DNA of 64,000 nucleotides. Source: an uncultured Acidobacteriota bacterium (lineage in GTDB: Bacteria; Acidobacteriota; Thermoanaerobaculia; Multivoradales; UBA5704). The notes beneath the pieces were generated by a model, which searched no databases, was not told where the DNA came from, and saw only the letters and a list, made by a program, of their open reading frames with translations. Both the position numbers and the translations under genes were made by a program. The DNA lies in contig CAVYRF010000002.1 of assembly GCA_963770895.1 (NCBI GenBank), positions 1,440,001 through 1,504,000 of the forward strand, written 5' to 3'. Each line of letters begins with the position of its first letter. Position 1 is the first letter of the stretch. Below are positions 51,014 through 60,352 of this stretch, piece after piece.

Positions 51014-51778
51014 TCAGATCATCAGGTCGCCGCCGTTGATGTCGATCGAAGCACCGGTGACGTAGCCGGCCGCTTCAGAGGCCAGCCAGCAGATCAGGTC
51101 GGCGACTTCGGCGGCGGTGCCCAGGCGCTGGATGGGGAAGGAGCGGGCGTAGGAGGCCAGCTCCTCGTCGGTGGCGTGCTCGCGGGTGAGCTCGGTGTCG
51201 ATCAGGCCCGGGCAGACCGCGTTGACGGTGATGCCGTGGCACCCCAGCTCCTTGGCGGCCGCCCGCGTCAGGCCGAGCAGCCCGGCCTTGGACGCCGTGT
51301 AGTGAGCGCCGCCCAGGGTGCTGACGCTCTTGCCGGCGGTCGACGAGAGGTTGATCACCCGCCCATAGCCGTTGGCCTGCATCGGCGCCAGCGCCGCCTG
51401 GATGCACAGAAACGCCGCCGTCAGGTTGACGTCCATGGCGCGCCGCCACTCCTCCTCGGTGATCTGGGCGAAGCGGGTGGAGTAGGCAGCGGCGGCGTTG
51501 TTGACCAGGATGTCGAGGCGCCCGAAGCGGGCCACCGTGTCGCCCACCATCGACCGCACGACCGCCGCGTCCGTGACGTCGCCGGTAAGGATCAGCAGCC
51601 GGCCGCGCTCCTCTTCCGATCCCCACTGCGCCGCCGCCAGCTCCGCCGCGCTTGCGGCCCGCCGCACATTGATCGCCACCGCCGCGCCGCGCGCCAGCAT
51701 CCCCGCCGCCGCCGCCCGTCCCAAACCCCGCGCCGCCCCGGTGATCAGCGCCACCCTGCCGCTCAGCATCGCCGCCAC
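51014..51778 (-). CDS. Short-chain dehydrogenase/reductase (FabG-like)
   Basis: TGAARGLG, LVNNA, YTASK, NAVCPG, INGG. Confidence 0.92.
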   Translation of the reverse strand: MAAMLSGRVALITGAARGLGRAAAAGMLARGAAVAINVRRAASAAELAAAQWGSEEERGRLLILTGDVTDAAVVRSMVGDTVARFGRLDILVNNAAAAYSTRFAQITEEEWRRAMDVNLTAAFLCIQAALAPMQANGYGRVINLSSTAGKSVSTLGGAHYTASKAGLLGLTRAAAKELGCHGITVNAVCPGLIDTELTREHATDEELASYARSFPIQRLGTAAEVADLICWLASEAAGYVTGASIDINGGDLMI

Positions 51779-51942
51779 CTCCCCGTCTACGCATCCAGTC
51801 GCCGGGCAATATATCGTGCCCCCGGCTGCGCGCAGTTGCGCCAGCTACCGCCGCCACCCTCCCGGCTCACCCATAGCTCGATGGCCCACGCGGCAGTGTC
51901 TACCGTAAGATTTCGACGCGCCGCTGCGGCGCCGGGAGGACC

Positions 51943-52911
51943 ATGGGCGAGAGCTTGGCGGAGGCGGATCGGCAGGGGCTGCGGGAGTGGCTCGCGGGGG
52001 CGGGTTTTGCGCTGCGCGCGGCGCGGCCGCTGGCGGGCGACGTATCGCCGCGGCGGTACGAGCGGCTGGCGGCGACAGACGGACGGACGGCGATCCTGGC
52101 GCTCTATCCGCCGGAGGTGCATGGCACCTGCGCGCGCTTTGCCGCGACGACGGAGCTGCTGGCCGGCGCCGGGGTGCCGGTGCCGCGGGTGTTGGGTGTC
52201 GACTGCGAGCGCGGGTGGATGCTGGTGGAAGACCTGGGCGAGCAGACGCTGGCGGACCTGCGGCAGCGGCCCTGGGAGGAGCTGGCGGCCTGGTTCGAGG
52301 ATGCGGCGGCGCTCGCCCGCCGCATCGCCGCGCTGCCGTCCGCGGCCGTCAGCGAGCTCAACCCGCCGCTGGACCTGGCGCTCCTGGAACGAGAGCTGGC
52401 GCAGACCCGGCGGCTGTTCCTGGCGCCGCGCGGCCTGACGGTGGCCGGCCTGGACGCAGCGATGCACACGGTCTGCGAGCTGCTGGCCGCTGACGCGCCG
52501 GTGCCGTGCCATCGCGACTACATGGCACGCAACCTGATGCCGCTGGCACCGGGACGGGTCGCGGTGCTCGACCACCAGGACCTGCGCCTGGGGCCGCCGG
52601 CCTACGACATGGCTTCGCTGCTCAACGACACGCTGTTTCCGCCGCCGGCGGTCGAAAGCCGCCTCCTGGAGAGTGCTTTCCCAGCCGGATCGGCCGCCCG
52701 GACCCAGTACCACCGCGCGGCGGCACAGCGCACGCTCAAGGCGGTCGGCACCTATGCAGCTTTTGCCGAACGCGGTTCGGACCGCCACCTGCCGTTGATC
52801 GGCCCCACCCTGGCCCGCTTCGGGGCACACCTGGCCCAGCTAGCCGAAGGCGAACGGCTGGCTGCCGAGCTGCCACGCGCCTGGGCCGGCGTCCTGCCGC
52901 CCACCACCTGA
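51943..52911 (+). CDS. APH-family phosphotransferase (AmgK-like)
   Basis: LAGDVSPRRYER, EDLG, CHRDYMARNL, LDHQD, GPPAYDMASLL.D, QRTLKAVGTY. Confidence 0.82.
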   Translation: MGESLAEADRQGLREWLAGAGFALRAARPLAGDVSPRRYERLAATDGRTAILALYPPEVHGTCARFAATTELLAGAGVPVPRVLGVDCERGWMLVEDLGEQTLADLRQRPWEELAAWFEDAAALARRIAALPSAAVSELNPPLDLALLERELAQTRRLFLAPRGLTVAGLDAAMHTVCELLAADAPVPCHRDYMARNLMPLAPGRVAVLDHQDLRLGPPAYDMASLLNDTLFPPPAVESRLLESAFPAGSAARTQYHRAAAQRTLKAVGTYAAFAERGSDRHLPLIGPTLARFGAHLAQLAEGERLAAELPRAWAGVLPPTT

Positions 52912-53026
52912 GTCAAGCAAACTGCGGCGGCCCGCCCTGGCCGCACGTTCACCGTCGAGGCGGCTGTCGCCTGTCGCGGGTGTCGTGCATCGAGACGACC
53001 GCCGCGAAGCACGACCTGGCGGAGGG

Positions 53027-53245
53027 TTACGTCTGGCGCGGGGGGTCGGCGGGAGGCGGGGGCGGCGGGAGCTCGCCGTTGCGCCTGTCGGCTTCGGGTG
53101 GACGGGAGCCGTGCTGCATGCCTTCCCGGAAGTTGCGGATGCCTTCGCCCAATCCCTTGCCCAGGCCCCCGATACGCTTGGGGCCCCAGAAGATCAGGAC
53201 GATCAGGACGATGACGAGGATTTCGCCCAAGCCCCAGGGGTGCAT
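53027..53245 (-). CDS. tatA: Twin-arginine translocase TatA/E
   Basis: EILVIVLIVLIFWGPKRIGGLGKGLGEGIRNFREG. Confidence 0.9.
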   Translation of the reverse strand: MHPWGLGEILVIVLIVLIFWGPKRIGGLGKGLGEGIRNFREGMQHGSRPPEADRRNGELPPPPPPADPPRQT

Positions 53246-53372
53246 GAGCGAAGTTTAGCACCCAGCACGTTCGGCGGCGACGCCCAGATCGGGTGCCGGG
53301 CAACGGAGACGGCTACGGGGTATGCTTTCGGCGGCGCGGCAGGCGCCGCGACACATGCACCGGGAGGTCCCC

Positions 53373-54101
53373 ATGACGACAGACACGACAACCGTTCCCC
53401 ATCCACCGATCGTGACGCAGGACGAGTGGCTGGCCGAGCGCAAGAAGCTGCTGGCGCGGGAAAAGGAGCACACCCGTCAAGGCGACAGCATCAGCGCCGA
53501 GCGGCGGCGGCTGCCGATGGTGAAACTGGACAAGCAGTACTCCTTTGAAGGGCTGCAGGGCAGGTGCAGCCTGCTGGACCTGTTCGACGGGCGCCGGCAG
53601 CTGATCGTCTACCACTTCATGTTCGACCCCGCGTGGGACAAGGGCTGTCCCGGCTGCACCAACTTCGTCGATGCCCTGGGCGACCTGTCGATGCTGGCGG
53701 CGCGCGACACCACGTTCGTCCTGGTGTCGCGCGCGCCGCTGGCAAAGCTGGAAAAGTACAAGGCGGAGCGGGGTTGGAACCGCCCCTGGTTCTCCTCCTT
53801 TGGCAGCGACTTCAACTACGACTTCCACGTCACCCTGGACCCGCGCGTGGCGCCGGTGGAATACAACTTCCGCACCGCGGCGCCCGCCACTGCGCAGGAC
53901 GGCCCCAAGTCCGGCGAAATGCCCGGCTTGAGCGTCTTCTTCCGCCTCGGCGGCGATGCCTTTCACACCTACTCGACCTACGCCCGCGGCGGCGAGGCTC
54001 TGACCGACGCCTACCCGCTGCTCGACATCACCCCCTACGGCCGGCAGGAGGACTTTGAATCCTCGCCGCCCGGCTGGCCGCAAAAGCCGACGTACGGCTA
54101 G
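53373..54101 (+). CDS. DUF899 family thioredoxin-like protein
   Basis: [60 protein letters not shown]. Confidence 0.9.
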   Translation: MTTDTTTVPHPPIVTQDEWLAERKKLLAREKEHTRQGDSISAERRRLPMVKLDKQYSFEGLQGRCSLLDLFDGRRQLIVYHFMFDPAWDKGCPGCTNFVDALGDLSMLAARDTTFVLVSRAPLAKLEKYKAERGWNRPWFSSFGSDFNYDFHVTLDPRVAPVEYNFRTAAPATAQDGPKSGEMPGLSVFFRLGGDAFHTYSTYARGGEALTDAYPLLDITPYGRQEDFESSPPGWPQKPTYG

Positions 54102-54231
54102 GGCGAGGGCCGATCCAGAAATCTGGATCAGCCTCGGTGCGGAGCTCAATCTCTGCCACCCCGGCGCATCGCCGCGCCGAAAGGGCGCGCGGGGCGACTA
54201 CAGCCTCTCGCCCCAGGCGCCGGCGGCGGCC

Positions 54232-55017
54232 CTACAGGTTGCGGTGGACGTGTGCCACCGCCGTCGCTGCCAGCTGGGCGACCGGTGCCAGCAGCTGCAG
54301 CTCGGCGTCGGCGGGGATGGCGCCGAGGTCGCGGCAGTGCTGGGTGTAGCTGGCGACGACCCGTTTCACGAAATCCTGCGTCTCGCGGAAGGGGGGCACG
54401 CAGCCGTAGCGAGCCACCACTTCGGGGCCGGTGTTGTAGGCGGCGATCGCCAGCATCGGCCGCTCCTTGAAGCGATCGAGCAGCGCCCGCAGGTAGCGGC
54501 TGCCGGCGTCGATGTTGGCGTAGGGATCGAGCAGATCGCGTGCGCCGTATTCCCTGCCGGTGGCGGGCAGCAGCTGCATCAGGCCGACGGCGCCGCAGGG
54601 CGACACGGCACGCGGGGCAAACTGCGACTCCGCTTCCACCATGGCTGCGAGCAGCAGCGAATCGACGTGATTGCGGTCGCCGGCCGCCGCCAGGATGGGG
54701 CCGAAGGGCAGGCTCCGCAGCAGCAGGCGGCGGGAATCCACCGCGCCTTCGGGGCGAAAGGCACTGAAGCGGCGCGGCGGCGCGCCCAGGGCGGCGCTCA
54801 CGTCCTGCGGGCTCACCACCTCGAAGGAGTCCGGCGGCGCGCCGCCGGCCATCAGGACGGCCAGGCCACCGGGAACGAAGCTGGAGGAAATCGCCGTCGC
54901 ATGGAAGGAGCGCGACTTGGCGGGGTTTGAAGGTGTGGCGTTCACAGCAAGGGCCGCAAACAGAAGGAGCGCCAAAAGGGCCGACGCCGGTCTGGTACGG
55001 GCTCTTTGATCCGTCAT
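54232..55017 (-). CDS. Lytic transglycosylase (SLT domain)
   Basis: VEAESQF..AVS..GAVGLMQL, NIDAGSRYL, AAYNTG, PPFRETQDFV; signal peptide. Confidence 0.9.
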   Translation of the reverse strand: MTDQRARTRPASALLALLLFAALAVNATPSNPAKSRSFHATAISSSFVPGGLAVLMAGGAPPDSFEVVSPQDVSAALGAPPRRFSAFRPEGAVDSRRLLLRSLPFGPILAAAGDRNHVDSLLLAAMVEAESQFAPRAVSPCGAVGLMQLLPATGREYGARDLLDPYANIDAGSRYLRALLDRFKERPMLAIAAYNTGPEVVARYGCVPPFRETQDFVKRVVASYTQHCRDLGAIPADAELQLLAPVAQLAATAVAHVHRNL

Positions 55018-55187
55018 CAGGTTCAATCCTCTTCCAGGTCCCACCACGGACGACGCTGCCACGCACAGGTCCTGCGGACCGGGCGGCAGCGGCGGATGCC
55101 GCGGCAGAACTTCCTAACGAAGCCTTACCCGACAGCCCCAGGGGGCTGGCGGCGAGGCGGACACACGAACTCCAGGTGGGTTTGCTT

Positions 55188-55202
55188 GCTAGATCGGTGC
55201 CA
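55188..55202 (-). promoter_or_regulatory. Sigma54 promoter upstream of the SLT gene
   Basis: TGGCAC-CGATC-TAGC on the minus strand. Confidence 0.65.
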
Positions 55203-55255
55203 CGAGCGTCACCAAAAGGGGACGATCGGCTTCGTCAGGTGGTCTTACAGGGTTT

Positions 55256-55534
55256 CTACAGCGGGGGCAGGTGACCCTTGCGGCGGGCTTGACGGCGGCC
55301 CGGCAGGTCGTAGTCTTCGCAGCCGATCCCAAGGTCGGAAACCTTGTTGCGGAGGGTGTTGCGGTGCACGCCCAGCGACTTGGCGGAGCGGCAGAAGTTG
55401 CCGCGGTTGGATTTGAGCGAGGCCACGATGAACTGGCGCTCGAACTCCCGCCGCGCCTGCTCCAGGGTCAGACCGCGGCGTACCAGCTCGTCGACGATCT
55501 GATACAAACGCCCGTTGAGATTCTGTTCTGGCAT
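55256..55534 (-). CDS. Stand-alone Fis-type (HTH_8) DNA-binding protein
   Basis: FERQFIVASLKSNRGNFCRSAKSLGVHRNTLRNK. Confidence 0.85.
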   Translation of the reverse strand: MPEQNLNGRLYQIVDELVRRGLTLEQARREFERQFIVASLKSNRGNFCRSAKSLGVHRNTLRNKVSDLGIGCEDYDLPGRRQARRKGHLPPL

Positions 55535-55575
55535 GAGGCCTCAAAAAAAGGGAAGTCGTAGCCTACCACAGCGCA

Positions 55576-55590
55576 GCGACGCCGATGCCA
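55576..55590 (-). promoter_or_regulatory. Sigma54-like promoter upstream of the Fis-like gene
   Basis: TGGCAT-CGGCG-TCGC with conserved GG/GC spacing. Confidence 0.5.
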
Positions 55591-55704
55591 AGATCTCTTT
55601 GTGACAGATCGCCCCTGTCTATCGCGCTGCGCGCGGCGTCGCAGGCAAGGAAGGTCGGCCGCGAACCACACGCAGGCCGCGGCGGTCAGGGTCCTTGAGG
55701 GGTT

Positions 55705-56898
55705 CTACTTGGGATCGAGGCGGTCGCCCAGGTAGACCGGGTACCGCGACTCGGTGATCTTGATCAGCGACGAGCGCTTGGCGACCGAGAGCACCGCCAC
55801 TTCGCCGATGGGCAACGGCGGCAGGCCGCGCTCGCTGGGACGGTAGATGGTGAAGACGTCTCCAGGGGTGACGTTCTGGTCGGCGCCGCGATCCATGAAT
55901 GCCACGTGATCCTGACCGACCGCGATGATGCCGCCGGTGTAGATGATGACCGGATCGTCCTCGAGCTTGGTCGCCGCCACCGGCAGGTTGACCGGCCGCT
56001 GCGCCGTCGGCCGCCCGAGCGGCACCGGTTCGGGCTCGAAAGGCCGCAGCCGGGCGCCGAGCAGGATGCCGTCGCAGCCGGTGACGATCTCAGCGATCGC
56101 CGAAGTCTCCTGGACCGAGAGCACCCGCACCCGCCCTTGATAGGGGTAGAAGCGGCCAAATTCCTTGCCGGTCACCGGGTGCACGATCGGCACGTCGGGG
56201 CCGATGACGGTGAACAGGGTGCCTGGCGTCAGGCCCTGCATGGAAGCGCCGGTCAGGTACACGATGTCGCCGGGCGTGAGGTTGACCTTGGCGGTACCCG
56301 GCGCGTCCAGCTCGTGCAGCTGCTTGTAGCCGGGGTTGAGCTTGGCTTGCAGGTTGTCGTATTCGGAGCCGACGATGCTGAACGGGAACTGCTCGCCGGC
56401 GTCGCCCACGTAGCCGCTGCAATAGATGTCGCTTTCCGCCCCCAGCGGCACCGGCGCGCCCAGCGCCTTGACGGCGCTCTCCACTCCCGGGACCTGCGGC
56501 GGCGGGATCGGCGTCTCACCGGTGGCCGTCTGTTCTGCACCGGCCGCTCCACTGTCGACCTGCGCCAGGTTTTGCACCGGCGCGACCTGCAGGCCGGTGA
56601 CCAGCGGATCGCCGGGATAGATCCAGTGGGCGTCCTTGATGTACTGGTTCTTTTCCCACAGCTGCGGCCACAGGTAGGGGTCGCCGTAGAAGCGCTTGGC
56701 CAGGTTCCACAGCGTGTCGCCCTTGGCGACCTTGTAGATCTGGACGCTGCCGTCAGCCGGAGGCGTCGGCGGGTTCCAGGCTGTCCAGTGACCGTCGTCG
56801 GCCTGGTGGAGGCCCCGCGGCGGTCGCGTCGATGCTTGCGCGCCGCTGGCTCCCAGGATGAAGACGGCAAGGACGATACCGGAAAGCCGCACTGTCAT
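55705..56898 (-). CDS. LysM peptidoglycan-binding protein (TsaP-like)
   Basis: Signal peptide; YKVAKGDTLWNLAKRFYGDPYLWPQLWEKNQYIKDAHWIYPGD; beta-rich C-terminus. Confidence 0.82.
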   Translation of the reverse strand: MTVRLSGIVLAVFILGASGAQASTRPPRGLHQADDGHWTAWNPPTPPADGSVQIYKVAKGDTLWNLAKRFYGDPYLWPQLWEKNQYIKDAHWIYPGDPLVTGLQVAPVQNLAQVDSGAAGAEQTATGETPIPPPQVPGVESAVKALGAPVPLGAESDIYCSGYVGDAGEQFPFSIVGSEYDNLQAKLNPGYKQLHELDAPGTAKVNLTPGDIVYLTGASMQGLTPGTLFTVIGPDVPIVHPVTGKEFGRFYPYQGRVRVLSVQETSAIAEIVTGCDGILLGARLRPFEPEPVPLGRPTAQRPVNLPVAATKLEDDPVIIYTGGIIAVGQDHVAFMDRGADQNVTPGDVFTIYRPSERGLPPLPIGEVAVLSVAKRSSLIKITESRYPVYLGDRLDPK

Positions 56899-56989
56899 AC
56901 AGCGCCTCCTCGGGATGAATCGCGGGCTGCTTTCAGAATCCCGGCCCTGGGCACGGATCTCCAGGGTATAGAGAAGTCTCTATCTGTCG

Positions 56990-57019
56990 AGAGTACTGCG
57001 AGTTGCCTTGTTCTGTCAA
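56990..57019 (-). promoter_or_regulatory. Sigma70-type promoter of the LysM gene
   Basis: TTGACA-N18-TACTCT on the minus strand, in an AT-rich intergenic region. Confidence 0.55.
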
Positions 57020-57076
57020 GTTTTACCCGCCCGAACCTCAAGTGGTGCTTGAGCTTCCAGTGGGCCGCATAAGCCA

Positions 57077-58054
57077 CTAAGGGATCTTGGCGCGCCGCTC
57101 TTCGGCGACCGCGGCGACCGCGGTGCCGGGGAACCGCCGCAGGATCTCCTGGTAATCGGTGCGCGCCCCTTCGCGGTCGCCCAGCGCTTCGAGCGACATT
57201 CCGGCCTTGAGCATGGCGTCCGGCGTCTTGTTGCCGTTGGGATAGTGCGCCACGGTCTCGCGGAAGGCGGCCAGGGCGCCGCGCATGTCGCCGCGGGAGT
57301 ACCGGCATTCGCCGATCCAGTATTGCGCGTTGTCGGCCAGCTCGCTATGCGGCTCCGCCTGCAGGAAGCGTTGGAAGCTGGTCTCGGCGTCCACGTAGTG
57401 CTTCTGGTGGTAGAGGGTATAACCGCGGTCGTAGAGCGCCTGCACCGCCGGCGTCACCGGCTCGCCCTTGGGACTGCCACCGGCCGGGCTTTCCACCGGC
57501 GCGGCGTTGGGAGCCGCATTGGCGCGCTTGGGCGCGGCGGGAACGACGATATCGGTGACGTCGATCTGCTGGCCCTGCTGCGCCGGTGGAGGCTGGTAGG
57601 TCTGCGGTCCCTGGCTGTACGGTTGGGATGGCTGGGGCTGTGCGGCCTGCCGACGCGGCGGGGCCGCGGCCGGCGGGTAGGCCGGCTCCGCGTAGCTGGG
57701 CGGGCTCTGCTGCTGCCGCGCCGCCGGCGGCGCGGTGCTGGAACCACCGCTGACGACCGGCGCCACCGGCGCGCCCTGGCTCTCACCAGTCAGCTCGGCC
57801 AGCCGCTGGCGCAGGCGGGCCAGCTCGACGTCGCTGACCGCCGCCTTGCGCTGCAGGTCGAGGACCCGCTCCTGCAGCTGCTTGATCTGATCCGCTTCGT
57901 CGTCGCCTTCGGAAGCGCAGCCGAGCGCCATGCCGGCCACCAGCGCCAGCGGCAGCAGGGCGGCAGCGGCTCGGCGCAGACGTCTGCCGGCGTGGGCGCC
58001 GCCGGCACCGTGGGCACCGCAAGCGGCGGCGCTCGGGGCGGCGGCGCGCCTCAT
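57077..58054 (-). CDS. cpoB: CpoB/YbgF-like TPR lipoprotein
   Basis: Lipobox-like ALGC, coiled coil, ADNAQYWIGE, YPNGNKTPDAMLKAG, RFPGT. Confidence 0.85.
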   Translation of the reverse strand: MRRAAAPSAAACGAHGAGGAHAGRRLRRAAAALLPLALVAGMALGCASEGDDEADQIKQLQERVLDLQRKAAVSDVELARLRQRLAELTGESQGAPVAPVVSGGSSTAPPAARQQQSPPSYAEPAYPPAAAPPRRQAAQPQPSQPYSQGPQTYQPPPAQQGQQIDVTDIVVPAAPKRANAAPNAAPVESPAGGSPKGEPVTPAVQALYDRGYTLYHQKHYVDAETSFQRFLQAEPHSELADNAQYWIGECRYSRGDMRGALAAFRETVAHYPNGNKTPDAMLKAGMSLEALGDREGARTDYQEILRRFPGTAVAAVAEERRAKIP

Positions 58055-58893
58055 GACGGCGCCTTGGTCGGAGTCGCGGCGGCCTGGGCGGGGGGCGGCG
58101 GCGGCGGCAGCGGCGGCGGCAAATCCGTGGGGATTTTCTTGACCAGCTTGCTGTTCGGGTAGACCGATTTGAGCATGTCGAAGGTCTTACGGGCATCCTC
58201 GGGCTTGCGGATGCGCGCGTAGGCGACGCCCAGCTCGAAGTAGACCTTGTCCAGACGAGTGAACTTGGGGTAGGTCTGCATCAGGTAGATGAAGCGGCCG
58301 ATCGCGGCGGTGGGGACACCGTAGCGCAGGTAGAAATGGCCGATCACGTATTCGTGCTCCGCCAGGTTGGAGTTGACCACGTCGATCTGCTCCTGCGCCT
58401 TGGTGGCGTACTCGCTGGTCGGATAGAGCCGGATCAGCTCCTGGTATGCCTCAAGGCTCTTCTTGGTGACGCTCTGGTCGCGGTCGGCGCGTTCCATCCG
58501 CTTGGCCAGGCTGTTGGCGATCTGGAACTGCACGTAGGCCGCCTGGTCGCTGGTGGGGAAGCGGTTCAGGTAGTCGCGGTACTTGGCTTCCGCCTGGATG
58601 AAGTTGTCGTTGCCGGCTTCCAGGTAGTAGGTGTCGGCGGCCAGCAGCAACCCTTCGCGGCCGACCTTGGAATTGGGCTCGACCTCGAAGGCGTGGGTGA
58701 ACAGCGGCCGGGCGCGGCCGTAGTTCTTCTTGGCCAGAAAGTCCTTGCCCTGCACCAGCGATTCTTCGGCCGACAGTTTGATCAGCGGGTCCGAGCTGCC
58801 GCCCCGGTGACAGGCGGCGACGGACAGCAGCAGGCCACCGCACAAGAGGGTGGTCCATGCCAGGCGAGCGGGATGCTTCGGGATGGTAATCAT
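58051..58893 (-). CDS. bamD: Outer membrane assembly lipoprotein BamD
   Basis: Lipobox VAAC; YLNRFPTS, DRDQS, YPTSEYA, LAEHEYVIGHFY. Confidence 0.88.
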   Translation of the reverse strand: MITIPKHPARLAWTTLLCGGLLLSVAACHRGGSSDPLIKLSAEESLVQGKDFLAKKNYGRARPLFTHAFEVEPNSKVGREGLLLAADTYYLEAGNDNFIQAEAKYRDYLNRFPTSDQAAYVQFQIANSLAKRMERADRDQSVTKKSLEAYQELIRLYPTSEYATKAQEQIDVVNSNLAEHEYVIGHFYLRYGVPTAAIGRFIYLMQTYPKFTRLDKVYFELGVAYARIRKPEDARKTFDMLKSVYPNSKLVKKIPTDLPPPLPPPPPPAQAAATPTKAPS

Positions 58894-59555
58894 AGGTTCT
58901 CCGACCGGCCGATCGCGATCAGTTCGGCCATCTCCCGTGCCGGGTCGGCCGAGTTGAAGATCGCCGAGCCTACCACGCAAAGCCCCACTCCGGCGGCGAT
59001 CGCCGGCCCCATGGTATCGCGGTCGATGCCGCCGTCGATCGCGATCTGCACCGGCAGGTTGCCGCCGTCGCGGATCATCGCCTGCAGCCGCCGCGCCTTG
59101 TCCAGGGTGCGGGGCAGAAACTTCTGCCCCGAGAAGCCGGGGTTGACCGACATCAGCAGCACGTAATCCAGGCGCGGCAAGGCGTCCACCAGCACCTCGG
59201 CCGGCGTCGCCGGGTTGATCGCCACGCCGGCCGCCGCGCCGCCCTCGCGGATCTGCTCCAGCAGCCTGTCGAGATGCGGCGTCGCTTCCCAGTGCACCGC
59301 CACCCGTGCCGCGCCGGCGCGCAGGTATTCGCCCAGCAGGCGCTCGGGGTTGGACACCATCAGGTGCACCTCCAGCGGCAGGCGGGTGCGGCGCTTGAGC
59401 GCGGCCAGCACCGGGATGCCAAAGGTCAGGTTGGGCACGAAATGGCCGTCCATGACGTCCACGTGCACCAGGTCGGCGCCGCCCGCCTCGCAGGCGGCAA
59501 GCGCCCCGGCCAGGTCGGCAAGATCGGCGGCCAGGATCGACGGCGCCAGCTTCAT
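58890..59555 (-). CDS. rpe: Ribulose-phosphate 3-epimerase
   Basis: APSILAAD, HVDVMDGHFVPNLTFG, MSVNPGFSGQKF, DGG, GSAIF. Confidence 0.97.
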   Translation of the reverse strand: MKLAPSILAADLADLAGALAACEAGGADLVHVDVMDGHFVPNLTFGIPVLAALKRRTRLPLEVHLMVSNPERLLGEYLRAGAARVAVHWEATPHLDRLLEQIREGGAAAGVAINPATPAEVLVDALPRLDYVLLMSVNPGFSGQKFLPRTLDKARRLQAMIRDGGNLPVQIAIDGGIDRDTMGPAIAAGVGLCVVGSAIFNSADPAREMAELIAIGRSENL

Positions 59556-60304
59556 GGGTTGGGTCCTCCTCCATCGGCGGTCGCGACCACCAGGGAAATC
59601 GGGTCGTTGGCGGTCAGCGGATGTCCGGGCAGCGGGAACTGGCGCAGGATGACCCCGGCCGCGACGCCTTCATAACGCTCGAACTTGACGTTGCCGAAGC
59701 GGAAGCCCCGCGCCTCGAAGAACTGCTTGACCGGGTCGTAGTGGCGGTACACCAGGTCCGGCATCAGGTACCGGCGGCCGGGAGCAGCCATCACCAGCAG
59801 CAGGTCGACCGGCGACGCCGGCGGCACCTCGTCGCCGGCGCCGGGTTCCTGCTCCATCACCGCGCCCGCGGGGCGCCGCGCATCGAAGGCGCCCAGGATG
59901 CTCCCCACCTCCAGGCCGATGGCCGACAGCGTCACCTGCGCCGCCGGCAAGGCCTTGCCCACCAGGTCGGGCACCCGCACCCGGCGCGGCCCCAGCGACA
60001 GCACCACGTCGACGCCGCTGCCGCGCTTGACCAGCGTATGGGCATCCGGGTTCTGGCGCACGATGCGGCCCGCGGCGACCTTGTCGTCATAGCGGCCGCC
60101 ACCTTCGGCACGGTGCAGCGTCAACCCCAGGTCGGCCAGCAGGTCGGTGGCATCGGCGCGGCTCATGCCGGTGACGTCGGGCACCGCCATCACCCCGCTG
60201 CGCACGAAAAAGCTGAAGGCGAAATAGCTGGCGGCGACGAAGGCGACAAAGACCAGCGCCGCGTAGGCGACCAGTCCGAGCCCTGCCAGGAGTCGCCGCA
60301 GCAT
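59552..60304 (-). CDS. PASTA-domain membrane protein
   Basis: N-terminal TM; three VPDV/VPDL/MPDL...Q.P..G PASTA repeats. Confidence 0.88.
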   Translation of the reverse strand: MLRRLLAGLGLVAYAALVFVAFVAASYFAFSFFVRSGVMAVPDVTGMSRADATDLLADLGLTLHRAEGGGRYDDKVAAGRIVRQNPDAHTLVKRGSGVDVVLSLGPRRVRVPDLVGKALPAAQVTLSAIGLEVGSILGAFDARRPAGAVMEQEPGAGDEVPPASPVDLLLVMAAPGRRYLMPDLVYRHYDPVKQFFEARGFRFGNVKFERYEGVAAGVILRQFPLPGHPLTANDPISLVVATADGGGPNP

Positions 60305-60352
60305 GCAGCCAGTCTACCAAAGCCCCAGCGATGCCACCTGTACAATCCCCGC

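Noticed and set aside
51943-52911. Aminoglycoside resistance kinase
   Set aside because: Motifs (GD.S.R.Y.R, HRDY..RNL, QR.LKA.G) fit the AmgK-like sugar kinase group better.
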